From assembly GCA_020696385.1 (NCBI GenBank), contig JAEHCQ010000001.1, forward strand, positions 129,003-193,002: a DNA stretch of 64,000 nt. The letters run 5' to 3'. Made by a program: the position numbers and the translations under genes. Source of the DNA: Methanobacteriota archaeon (GTDB lineage: Archaea > Thermoplasmatota > Thermoplasmata > SG8-5 > JAGLSY01). Every line of letters starts with the position of its first letter. The stretch's first letter is position 1. Below are positions 55,757-64,000 of the stretch, piece by piece. Below the pieces are notes generated by a model. It was given only the letters and a program-made list of their open reading frames with translations. It was not told the origin of the DNA and searched no databases.

Positions 55757-55966
55757 ATGGGTAAATTACAACGAATTATAGAATATGATGATCCATTTTA
55801 TAAAATTGTACTCTTATTCATATTTATATTCATTTTGAAGGTTATAGATGATTGGTTGCGAGAACAATTTGGTTATTGGCAAGGTTTTGTAATATTAATA
55901 ATAGGTGTAATTATAATCATATTGTTATTGAAGTTCATACGAGATAAGATAAGTAAAACACCGTAG
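55757..55966 (+). CDS. 69-aa two-transmembrane small membrane protein (array gene 4)
   Basis: MGKLQRIIEYDDPFYKIVLLFIFIFILKVIDDWLREQFGYWQGFVILIIGVIIIILLLKFIRDKISKTP. Confidence 0.5.
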   Translation: MGKLQRIIEYDDPFYKIVLLFIFIFILKVIDDWLREQFGYWQGFVILIIGVIIIILLLKFIRDKISKTP

Positions 55967-56007
55967 CTCAGACCTGCTCGGAAGCAAAGAGCCAGCGTAG
56001 AGCCTGC

Positions 56008-56063
56008 GGATGCCCCGAAAACTCTATAAGAACAGTGGACGATTCACTTAGGCAAGCGGAGGG
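56008..56063 (+). promoter_or_regulatory. Conserved promoter/leader module, copy 5 (with the GGATGCCCC block)
   Basis: GGATGCCCCGAAAACTCTATAAGAACAGTGGACGATTCACTTAGGCAAGCGGAGGG before the ATG at 56064. Confidence 0.55.
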
Positions 56064-56297
56064 ATGTCGATTTCTGATTCAGAAAAATCAAATATTCTTA
56101 AGAAGCCAGTAACTATTAAGCGAGTTCTTCTTAGTACAATGCTTTTTGTATTTGGATTCATAGCAATAATGTTTTGGTGGATATATTTAGAAGGTTTATT
56201 TAATGAAGCACTTATTATTCTAGCTATTGGTTTATTTTGTATTTTATCGGGAATCATTTTGCTATTGTCTGGTGAAATCGGCAGGTACCAATTATAA
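56064..56297 (+). CDS. 77-aa two-transmembrane small membrane protein (array gene 5)
   Basis: MSISDSEKSNILKKPVTIKRVLLSTMLFVFGFIAIMFWWIYLEGLFNEALIILAIGLFCILSGIILLLSGEIGRYQL. Confidence 0.5.
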   Translation: MSISDSEKSNILKKPVTIKRVLLSTMLFVFGFIAIMFWWIYLEGLFNEALIILAIGLFCILSGIILLLSGEIGRYQL

Positions 56298-56363
56298 CTC
56301 AATATAGACATCCCGTAGCGCAGACCTGGCCGTGAACGTTTTATTAACGACGTAAGGCCCCGT

Positions 56364-56423
56364 GGATGCCTCGCCCAAAACCTCTTTAAAGATCGATAGT
56401 GATTCACTTGAGAGGGAAAGAGG
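56364..56423 (+). promoter_or_regulatory. Conserved promoter/leader module, copy 6 (more degenerate)
   Basis: GGATGCCTCGCCCAAAACCTCTTTAAAGATCGATAGTGATTCACTTGAGAGGGAAAGAGG before the ATG at 56424. Confidence 0.5.
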
Positions 56424-56684
56424 ATGAGATACGAGATCATTAAAAAGAATATCAAAGAAGCGAAAGATAATCTATCCAAATCAGAATACTTCAATCTCAA
56501 GATCAAAGCCAGTATACTCCCATTGTTCTTTTTCATGTGGTTCTTCGCAGGCCCTTACATTCTTTGGGACGAGCCTTTTGGAAGCCCATTGAACATCATC
56601 TTCACGATCTGTGGGATAATTTCTTTCATATTCCTGCAACATTATATGACTGGCTTGTTCCATATTCGAATGAAGTTCAAATAA
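56424..56684 (+). CDS. 86-aa two-transmembrane small membrane protein (array gene 6)
   Basis: MRYEIIKKNIKEAKDNLSKSEYFNLKIKASILPLFFFMWFFAGPYILWDEPFGSPLNIIFTICGIISFIFLQHYMTGLFHIRMKFK. Confidence 0.5.
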   Translation: MRYEIIKKNIKEAKDNLSKSEYFNLKIKASILPLFFFMWFFAGPYILWDEPFGSPLNIIFTICGIISFIFLQHYMTGLFHIRMKFK

Positions 56685-56866
56685 TATTTTCCGAATTCCA
56701 CATACTGCATCTCCCTCGTGTGTGTGTTATATAACAATTACAAATAGATTTAAGTATAACTTCAATAATTGGTATTATGGATGGGTTTTGCACTCATATT
56801 AATGGGTCCATACTCACAGATAATGAGATAACGTGTCAGGAATGACATGCGAGACTCAAAACAAGG

Positions 56867-58696
56867 GTGATGAATATGAGAAAAATATTTGCGACCGTAC
56901 TGGGAATGATGATGCTATTGTCAATGGCATCCATCATGGCAGTTGGCGACATAGAGCCAAATAATAGCTTTGGACAGGCCGACTCCACCTATGACGGTGA
57001 TATTATATACGGAACATTGAACGAATACTCAGATTATGCAGACTACTACGAGATATGGCTGGATGTCGGAGATGAGATCACCATAACCATGACCGGAACT
57101 GGTGACGACTTTGATATAGACCTTTACGAAGGAGAAGACTGGCTGGTAGACTATTCGGTGAATGCTTTCTCAACCGAATCTATTGTTTACGAAGCGGTTT
57201 CCAGTGACTATCATTACATAATCCCATATGCGGAAACTGGCTATGGAGATTACACACTTAACGTAGATGTGGATGATGGGGTCTACGTTCCACCATATGA
57301 AGAGCCAGGCTCAGGCGGTGTCGAAGGCACCGGACCAGGCGCGGAAGTTCCAGACTGGAACATCGGCCAGGGATGGAGCTTTGGAAACATTGTCGATATT
57401 GAGGACGAACTTGGCACGGAATTGGAACAGGGACTTCAGGAACTGGAGAACATGGGATTCGATACCAACCTGGAGATCAATGGTGGAATTGGAGCTTTCT
57501 TCGGAATAGAGGTCGTTGATGACGACGTCATGGTCAATGGAGAAGAATGCTACGATGTCGAGGTCTATGGTGCCCTGGGTATCGATCTCGGAATAGAGGC
57601 GGATGTCGATGGTTCCACAGCATTCCTTGGCTCAACTATCACGGTCGATGGAGTAGGAGATGGAAAAGCAAAGGGCGAGGCGGTCTTGGAAGGAAACATG
57701 TACTTCACAACAGACCAGCTGGCCATAGCCAAGATAGACCTGACAGTTACAGCGGATCTCAAAGCAGATGTTCACATAGATGCCACAATCGAGGCAGAGG
57801 GAGAGAAAATGGATATCACGGCTGATGCTTCGATCAGTGTGGATGATGTCGAGATACAATTCATACTCAGCTTCGATCCTCCACTGAAGATATTCGACTT
57901 CCCAATAAAGGAAGGCGATGTTTGGTACGTGCCACACATGGACACAGAGGTTAGCGGTTCATTGAATGCACAGGGAACGGTAAAAACTGAAATAACAGCA
58001 ACCATCCCCGGAGAGCCAGCAATGGATGAGTCTGATACAGTTGATCTATCTAATGAAATTGGCGACAATGACTTCTTCGAGATCGTACCTGGTGGACCAG
58101 GCGATTGGTATGGAGAAGGTGGAGGAACAGAGTTCACATGCACAGACCTCATTGGTGACAATATCTACATAATCGAAACAAGCGCGGATGATGCAATGGC
58201 CTTCATCGACCTTCCAGGAACAAGGCAGCTCGACAGTATATTGGACCCAACATCCATGATAGGCGATTCATCAGCAGGTGTGGAATTCGATGCAAACTCG
58301 GGATTCGTAACTGGAGTGACGATGAATGGCGAGGTCATGACCGATACCGTCACAATGGAAGAGGTCAAGGACTTCACAGCTGATCCTCAGGGAGAAGTTG
58401 CTGACGTGACCGGAGGAGCAGGAGGAGACAGTGGAATATTCGGTCTCATCCTGATCATCATAATCGTGGTCGTCGTGGTCGTGGTCATGGTCGTGGTCAT
58501 AAAGGGCAGACAGAAGCCCCAACAGCCACAGTATCAGCAGCAACCATACCCACAACAGCAACCGTACCAGCAGCAACCATACGACGGGCAGCAGCAGAAC
58601 TACCAGCAGCCGCCGCCACCACCACAGCAGCCTCCTCAGCAATACCCGCCACAGGAGAACCCGCAGCAACCACCACCGCCACCACCACAGCAGTGA
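56867..58696 (+). CDS. Secreted surface protein with an N-terminal PPC (pre-peptidase C-terminal-like) domain, an acidic central region, a C-terminal transmembrane helix and a Gln/Pro-rich cytoplasmic tail
   Basis: The likely start is the ATG at 56876 (MRKIFATVLGMMMLLSMASIMAVG), which is a signal peptide. DIEPNNSFGQADSTYDGDIIYGTLNEYSDYADYYEIWLDVGDEITITMTGTGDDFDIDLYEGEDW matches the PPC pattern. IFGLILIIIIVVVVVVVMVVVIKG is the transmembrane helix. QQPQYQQQPYPQQQPYQQQPY...PPPPPPQQ is the tail. Confidence 0.75.
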   Translation: MMNMRKIFATVLGMMMLLSMASIMAVGDIEPNNSFGQADSTYDGDIIYGTLNEYSDYADYYEIWLDVGDEITITMTGTGDDFDIDLYEGEDWLVDYSVNAFSTESIVYEAVSSDYHYIIPYAETGYGDYTLNVDVDDGVYVPPYEEPGSGGVEGTGPGAEVPDWNIGQGWSFGNIVDIEDELGTELEQGLQELENMGFDTNLEINGGIGAFFGIEVVDDDVMVNGEECYDVEVYGALGIDLGIEADVDGSTAFLGSTITVDGVGDGKAKGEAVLEGNMYFTTDQLAIAKIDLTVTADLKADVHIDATIEAEGEKMDITADASISVDDVEIQFILSFDPPLKIFDFPIKEGDVWYVPHMDTEVSGSLNAQGTVKTEITATIPGEPAMDESDTVDLSNEIGDNDFFEIVPGGPGDWYGEGGGTEFTCTDLIGDNIYIIETSADDAMAFIDLPGTRQLDSILDPTSMIGDSSAGVEFDANSGFVTGVTMNGEVMTDTVTMEEVKDFTADPQGEVADVTGGAGGDSGIFGLILIIIIVVVVVVVMVVVIKGRQKPQQPQYQQQPYPQQQPYQQQPYDGQQQNYQQPPPPPQQPPQQYPPQENPQQPPPPPPQQ

Positions 58697-58719
58697 TGGA
58701 TGTTGTAGATTGATAAAAT

Positions 58720-58765
58720 ATCCGAGTGTGTGAAAAACGCACTCGGATCCCTTTAATATTTCTCA
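58720..58765 (+). terminator. Hairpin plus T-rich terminator after the PPC-protein gene
   Basis: ATCCGAGTG-tgtgaaaaacg-CACTCGGAT followed by CCCTTTAATATTTCT. The TATA-like TTTTTAATATTTTAAG for the next gene follows. Confidence 0.55.
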
Positions 58766-58800
58766 CATGTTTTTAATATTTTAAGACAATAGCACCTCCT

Positions 58801-60384
58801 GTGTTAATTACCATTCTGGACGGATATACAGATGAGCCATCGAGGCTGGGAGTTCCTCCCTTCATCGCAGGATATCCCCGATACATCGCGGGAGCCGTGT
58901 TCTCAGCTGGCCATGATGTGGAATACATGACGATAGATGAGTGGAGAAAGGGCAGATCGCCTTCCTCCAACCTATTGTTCATAATTGCCAATGCTAATGT
59001 TCCCGGCAAATACCTCAGGGGAACCCCAATATCAGAAAGAGAACTCATGAATATCAGGAAGGATCATGAAGGCCAGGTGCATGTTTGGAGTTCCCTGGGA
59101 TCGAAAGGAGATCCGGACACCTTGGCTTATGACATTCTCGTGAACGATCACAATGAGCCAAGAAGAAGAACGATAAAAGAATGGAAAGAATGGTCCGAGG
59201 CTGGAGCCAGGGTATTGGAACAGCATCCGGACTTCCCCCAGCCGGCGATCATGGAAATCGACATGTCCTTCGGATGTCCCAGATACGTGTCTGGGGGTTG
59301 CAGCTTCTGCCCGGAGATCGGATTCGGCCAGCCTGTTTTCAGACCCATAGATGACATCGTATCCGAGATGCAGGCACTCATGGAGCAAGGGGCGATCAAT
59401 TTCAGACTGGGTGGCCAGTCCTGTCTTTTCACTTACATGACGGAGGAGTTGGGCAAGGACGCTCCAAGGCCGAATGTCAAGGCTCTGAAGGAATTATTCA
59501 AAAAGATCGGCCAGCTCAAGGGCATCGAGGTCCTACACACGGACAATGCCAACCCGGGAATAATGGCCAACCACCCGGATGAGACAAGAGATATCCTTGA
59601 TTCTCTTGTCAAGGTCTGCACTGGAGGAAATCTACTTTCAATGGGTATGGAAAGCGCGGATCCAGCGGTAATACGGGCGAACAATCTCAATGCAACTCCT
59701 GATCAGGTCATGGATGCGATCAGGATGGTGAATGAGGTTGGCAGCGAGAGAGCGGAGAATGGAATGCCAAAGCTGCTGCCTGGATTGAACCTGGTATCGG
59801 GTCTGGAAGGCGAGACCAAAGAGACATATGATCTGAACTTTCAATTTCTCAAAAAGGTGCTGGATGAAGGGCTTATGCTGAGAAGGATAAACATAAGGCA
59901 GGTGGCTCCCACGAGGAAGGACTTCGGCCCATCACGTTTGAAAAAGGATTTCATCAGGTTCAAGAGTAGGGTGAGAGAGGAGATAGATGCGCCCATGCTG
60001 AAGAGGGTGATACCTGCTGGCACGATATTGAGAAATGTCTATATGGAGACCAATAGGGGAAAAAGGAGCTTCGGGAGGCAGATCGGTACTTATCCGATAC
60101 TAGTGGGCATGGAGTATGAAGTTGACCTTGAAAAATTCCACGATCTTATAATAGTCTCGCACGGTCAGAGAAGTATCACTGGCATTGAACATCCCTTTGA
60201 TATCAATAAGGCGAACATGCAGGCACTCTCTTCACTGCCTGGCATTGGGAAGAAAAGAGCGGCAAGGATAATCAGATCCAGGCCATACGGTTCGATTGAA
60301 GAATTGGAAAAGGTAATAGAAGATCCTTTGGTGATGGAAAGTCTTGAAGCCATTGGACTTGCATTCAGCCAGCATACTGATTGA
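58801..60384 (+). CDS. YgiQ/UPF0313-like radical SAM protein with a C-terminal helix-hairpin-helix motif
   Basis: GTG start. The N-terminal [29 protein letters not shown] resembles the YgiQ N-domain. The Cys cluster [16 protein letters not shown] has CX7CX2C spacing. The C-terminal [30 protein letters not shown] is the HhH. Confidence 0.7.
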   Translation: MLITILDGYTDEPSRLGVPPFIAGYPRYIAGAVFSAGHDVEYMTIDEWRKGRSPSSNLLFIIANANVPGKYLRGTPISERELMNIRKDHEGQVHVWSSLGSKGDPDTLAYDILVNDHNEPRRRTIKEWKEWSEAGARVLEQHPDFPQPAIMEIDMSFGCPRYVSGGCSFCPEIGFGQPVFRPIDDIVSEMQALMEQGAINFRLGGQSCLFTYMTEELGKDAPRPNVKALKELFKKIGQLKGIEVLHTDNANPGIMANHPDETRDILDSLVKVCTGGNLLSMGMESADPAVIRANNLNATPDQVMDAIRMVNEVGSERAENGMPKLLPGLNLVSGLEGETKETYDLNFQFLKKVLDEGLMLRRINIRQVAPTRKDFGPSRLKKDFIRFKSRVREEIDAPMLKRVIPAGTILRNVYMETNRGKRSFGRQIGTYPILVGMEYEVDLEKFHDLIIVSHGQRSITGIEHPFDINKANMQALSSLPGIGKKRAARIIRSRPYGSIEELEKVIEDPLVMESLEAIGLAFSQHTD

Positions 60385-60589
60385 GAGACCGACAGATGGC
60401 TTGATCGTTCTCTACATTTATAATATATCGACAGCCATTATCATCACCATCAGAAGGCCAAACATGAACAATGGAAGATTGTTCAATAGTTTCTCACTTA
60501 TGACCTTCAGCTTTTTCATATGGTCGAATGATGGCTGATTCACATTAATATGATGTGCGTTTGCATTATCATTTTTGGTTTCATTCATT

Positions 60590-63500
60590 CTAAATCACTT
60601 CCTTTCTTCTTCTAAATCCTATGAATGTTATACCCATTATTCCCAGGGCCAGTGGTAAGACAGATGAGAATTCCGGGATCACGACCACGGTTATCGTTGC
60701 CGAATCCGATTGTTCCGCGAACTGGTATCCGCCGGATGATGTGTAATTGAGTGTGGCCCAGTTCGTTATAGTGCCAGCAGGTGCAAGTGCGTCTATCAAG
60801 ACAGTTATCGTGAGGGAATTAACGCTGTTCTTGCGAACATTGGGGAAATACCAGGAATAATCATCGACCACGACCGAATCAGGTGCCGCACTGGAAGACA
60901 CATAGGTCGTGCCAGCCGGAATGGTGTCATTTATCCAGACATTGGCAGATGCTCCGCCTGTATTGTTGTACCAGATCGTGTAGGTGACTAGAGTACCTGG
61001 AGCGGCAGTAGTGGTGTTCGCCACCTTCTCGACGGTGATCTCCGGGCGGTCACAGGAAGTGGAAGCACTATCTGAATCACTTCCATAGTATACGCCTGCT
61101 TGATCTGTGAAGTCCACGTCCACATTATTGATCAGATCGGTCCCGTCAGCCACCGTGCCGTCCACCTGGACCACGATGTCGAATGTAATGGTAGTGCCTC
61201 CAGCCAGGTTTGTGAATGGGTATGTGTACGTGCTCCCACTGATGCTCGGGGTAAGGCCGCTGGTGTCGCTTACGTAAGTGACGCCAGCGGGCAAAGTGTC
61301 ATTCAGCCAGACATATGTCGATGTGGCGGAATTCCTCTTATTCTCCAGTGTGATTGTATAGGTGATATAATCTCCAGGTTCTGCAGTTCTGAGATCCGCA
61401 TCCTTAGAAACAGATACCTGAGGAACTGGAGGTGGTTTAGGCAATGGCACATCCCCAGGAGGTGCGGAACGTGTTCCAACAGGCGCCTGGGCCTTATGTG
61501 ATAATGTATCATCGCTCTGGTCTATGGAATGCTTCCAATCGGATATTTCTATGAATACTGAGAATTCATCCATGGAATTCAAGCCCATCATGGATAGAGG
61601 GATGCCCATTTCCATCCTGTGATAATCCAAGTCTGAAGGCAAATCGCCCACAAATTCCCAGGGTATGGTATTGGATGGCAGATATGTGAATAATTCACTC
61701 GATATTATCTGATTATTCCTTCCAGCTATCAGAGCCATGTGGTCGGCTCCGAATATCCCGCCTTTGTAATATCCAGTATTAGCATCTTCATCCGAGTCAA
61801 TGAAGATGCTGAGATAGTCCAGACCGATTATCTCCACATGTTTTGCCGGCCCGATATACCGACTTATGAATCTACCGGAGTAATTTGCATCGAAGTCATT
61901 GGGTATGGTGGTGTTCAACCAAAGATCTGGACCATCATGGTTGAAATCAATGATCCCATCCCCATCCAGATCGCCATTGGAATCCGCATCATTTGTGCCA
62001 TCATTGTTAAAGTCATATGCCAGGCTTTCACCAGCCCCATCAAATTCATTTGGAACTCCATCATTGTCAATATCTGGCAAAGGAGCGGGTGTGACGGGTG
62101 ATACATTGGTAGCAGGAGCCGCTCCTGGTCGATGTCTCAGCATTGGGACATCGATACCACCCATTGCAACTCCTGCAAGAGATGTGTAAACCAATAGGCG
62201 GTCATCCACCTTCATCCTATAATCCCCAATGTCGACATTACGGTTGATAAGGGTGGAATTGGTGTCCGAAACACCAACCACATCATTAGCAGCATCGATA
62301 TTGCTCCCGACATCGAGCCAGTCCCCGAAGGCACCGTCTATCTCTATATTACCAGGAATTCCAATATTGTGAATGACACCGGAGTTCTCGGCGATATGCA
62401 CCTTGATGCCTCTGGAAACCAAGATATCGGTGAGAATGACACCGACATTTGGGGCATCGGTAGATGCCGATACTTCGAAGGCCAGGAAAAGGTTGGATCG
62501 TTCACCAGCCTCGATGTTCAAGGATCTATCCAGATTGATGGTGAAATTATCACCATCGATCTCCAAGGTGGTCTCCAATATCTGATCACGGGAAGCATCG
62601 TAGATCATATCACCGTCATCGTGAACGATCCTGAGATTGCTCATTTCCGCAATGGTAAGGTCCCCTCTCTTATTGAAGACAAAACCCTCCACATCAGCAT
62701 CCTGGCCGTAGCTTTCCAATTGTATAAGAGTGGCATCGTGATCACCGGGCTCGATGATATCGGCCTTGACAGCTTCGGTGACTCTGGCTCTCAATGTGCC
62801 CCGCAAAGGCGTGATTATGGAATCGGATATATCGAAATGCCCGAAGGAATCCTGGGTCATGACGACATATGTGGGTTGGGAGAAGGTATCCAGTTCATTT
62901 ATCACTGCCTTTATCTCGATCTCATTATTATTGACAGCCCCCTTCGCATCCATGGAATATTCAAAGGCATTCCAATCATTGTGATCCAGATCATTATTGA
63001 ATCTATTCATAGTGATCTTGGAGATCGAATTGCCCCATCCCTGAACATCAAGAAGGACATCCGCGCCCATATTGGATATCATGTAGCCAGTTGAAGCATC
63101 CGAGTCCGTGTCGATGAATATGAATACAGAATCCAGACCACGGACATCGTCAGTGGATGAGCCACCCAGAAGGCTTCCTTCGACCTGGACATAGAAATAC
63201 ATGTTCGGGGGGCGGAAATTAACTCTGGACTCGATAATGTTCAGATCATTATTCGATATCTGGTCAACCGTGGAATCCTGATAGGTCATGAACTGCCTCC
63301 ATTCGGAGAAGTCACCATCAATATCCATGCCATATGCATCATCACCAGTCATTGAATTCGTCAATATCGGAAGGAATAACATGATGAATATCAGAACAGC
63401 CATCATGGTCACTCTCAATCTCCAGGCGGAAGAGGCATTGTATCTAATGTTCTGGCGATGCACTCTTCCACGATTATTTGCGAGAGCATCACCATTGATA

Positions 63501-64000
63501 AGGCCCATGCCATTGACAAGACCACCGGACTCGATCAGATTTGAAAGGCGGCCATTGACCAAACCATTGGTTCTGCCATTAACTAGGCCTTGGCCGTTTA
63601 CCAGACTCAGGCCAGATCCATTTATGCGGCCATTGACATAGCCATTTGTAAGACCATTGACACGACCGTTCGTCTTGCCATTGGTGAGGCCATTGACCCT
63701 GCCGTTAACACGACCAATGATCTTGTCACGGCCATTGGTCTTGCCGTTCACACGGCCATTTGTCCTACCATTGACCCTTCCAAGCGAAGAACCATTGATA
63801 TAGCCATTCACACGGCCAATGATCTTGTCATTGGCACGACCGTTTATCTTGCCGATGACACGACCATTGGTCTTGCCGTTCACATGACCATTTCCATTTA
63901 CCAAACCTGCTGGTATCTTATCAGAACGTTCATGCCTTTTCTTATCGGCTTCGGCCTCGATCTCCTCGTAACTACTGTGAATGACCTGGTCATAGCATTC
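60590..64000 (-). CDS. Partial large surface protein (>1130 aa). It has an N-terminal NG(R/K)-repeat region and transmembrane segment, DUF11-like repeat domains, and a C-terminal PEF-CTERM archaeosortase sorting signal
   Basis: The track gives a TTG start at 63904, but the frame stays open to the window end (ECYDQVIHSSYEEIEAEADKKRHERSDKIPAGL...). NGRVNGKTNGR repeats. LRTAEPGDYITYTITLENKRNSATSTYVWLNDTLPAGVTYVSDTSG is DUF11-like. The terminal PEFSSVLPLALGIMGITFIGFRRRKEVI has PEF, a hydrophobic stretch and RRRK. Confidence 0.8.
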   Translation of the reverse strand, partial: ECYDQVIHSSYEEIEAEADKKRHERSDKIPAGLVNGNGHVNGKTNGRVIGKINGRANDKIIGRVNGYINGSSLGRVNGRTNGRVNGKTNGRDKIIGRVNGRVNGLTNGKTNGRVNGLTNGYVNGRINGSGLSLVNGQGLVNGRTNGLVNGRLSNLIESGGLVNGMGLINGDALANNRGRVHRQNIRYNASSAWRLRVTMMAVLIFIMLFLPILTNSMTGDDAYGMDIDGDFSEWRQFMTYQDSTVDQISNNDLNIIESRVNFRPPNMYFYVQVEGSLLGGSSTDDVRGLDSVFIFIDTDSDASTGYMISNMGADVLLDVQGWGNSISKITMNRFNNDLDHNDWNAFEYSMDAKGAVNNNEIEIKAVINELDTFSQPTYVVMTQDSFGHFDISDSIITPLRGTLRARVTEAVKADIIEPGDHDATLIQLESYGQDADVEGFVFNKRGDLTIAEMSNLRIVHDDGDMIYDASRDQILETTLEIDGDNFTINLDRSLNIEAGERSNLFLAFEVSASTDAPNVGVILTDILVSRGIKVHIAENSGVIHNIGIPGNIEIDGAFGDWLDVGSNIDAANDVVGVSDTNSTLINRNVDIGDYRMKVDDRLLVYTSLAGVAMGGIDVPMLRHRPGAAPATNVSPVTPAPLPDIDNDGVPNEFDGAGESLAYDFNNDGTNDADSNGDLDGDGIIDFNHDGPDLWLNTTIPNDFDANYSGRFISRYIGPAKHVEIIGLDYLSIFIDSDEDANTGYYKGGIFGADHMALIAGRNNQIISSELFTYLPSNTIPWEFVGDLPSDLDYHRMEMGIPLSMMGLNSMDEFSVFIEISDWKHSIDQSDDTLSHKAQAPVGTRSAPPGDVPLPKPPPVPQVSVSKDADLRTAEPGDYITYTITLENKRNSATSTYVWLNDTLPAGVTYVSDTSGLTPSISGSTYTYPFTNLAGGTTITFDIVVQVDGTVADGTDLINNVDVDFTDQAGVYYGSDSDSASTSCDRPEITVEKVANTTTAAPGTLVTYTIWYNNTGGASANVWINDTIPAGTTYVSSSAAPDSVVVDDYSWYFPNVRKNSVNSLTITVLIDALAPAGTITNWATLNYTSSGGYQFAEQSDSATITVVVIPEFSSVLPLALGIMGITFIGFRRRKEVI

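Noticed and set aside
55961-56330. tRNA-like 5' fragments (CCGTAGCTCAGACCTG at 55961, CCCGTAGCGCAGACCTGG at 56313)
   Set aside because: They resemble the acceptor and D-arm start of a tRNA. No T-arm or 3' half follows, and the first overlaps the end of a coding sequence. They are more likely a conserved intergenic block of the small-gene array than tRNA genes or att sites. No convincing full tRNA was found in the window.
56048-56536. 162-aa minus-strand ORF
   Set aside because: It is antisense to two of the small membrane-protein genes and spans their conserved promoter module, so it is unlikely to be real.
58271-58766. Minus-strand ORFs of 132 and 89 aa over the 3' end of the PPC-protein gene
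   Set aside because: They are artefacts of the CAG/CCA simple-sequence tract encoding the Gln/Pro tail. Their translations are poly-L, poly-W, poly-R and poly-A/V runs.

Overview
This 64 kb window looks like an archaeal chromosome segment, probably euryarchaeal and Thermoplasmatota-like. The archaeal assignment rests on aIF-5A overlapping an agmatinase gene, a TATA-box-binding protein gene, ftsZ preceded by a ribbon-helix-helix regulator, BRE/TATA-type promoters, and a PEF-CTERM archaeosortase signal. Most of the window is cell-surface biology.

The main elements, in order:
- Two divergent giant adhesin-like genes open the window. One is a >1860 aa Ig-like repeat protein on the minus strand that runs off the window start and is absent from the ORF track. 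The other is a 4903 aa protein with jelly-roll, CARDB and PKD repeats and a transmembrane anchor.
- Between them, on the minus strand, is an RNase P RNA gene the ORF track cannot see. It is followed by a tandem repeat array that reiterates its 3' terminal segment.
- Next comes a low-GC, roughly 14 kb glycan-biosynthesis island. It carries GT4 glycosyltransferases, a DUF354 GT-B protein, a GT-C-like membrane protein, CE4 deacetylases, a methyltransferase, a FemAB-like protein, hexapeptide acetyltransferases and a Wzx-like flippase. Surface-protein genes lie within and around it.
- A block of assorted genes follows: a STAND-type NTPase with TPR repeats, a DedA membrane protein, an aldehyde dehydrogenase with a duplicated 3' terminus, a GNAT acetyltransferase, a beta-helix surface protein, tbp behind three tandem TATA repeats, and a HAD hydrolase.
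- The most unusual region is downstream of the ribbon-helix-helix gene and ftsZ. It is an AT-rich array of six small membrane-protein genes, each with its own copy of a conserved BRE/TATA-like upstream module. Palindromic repeats lie between the ribbon-helix-helix gene and ftsZ.
- The window ends with a PPC-domain surface protein carrying a Gln/Pro-rich tail, a YgiQ-like radical SAM protein, and a partial PEF-CTERM surface protein.

Every call comes from reading the sequence and translations by eye. No database search or structure prediction was run.
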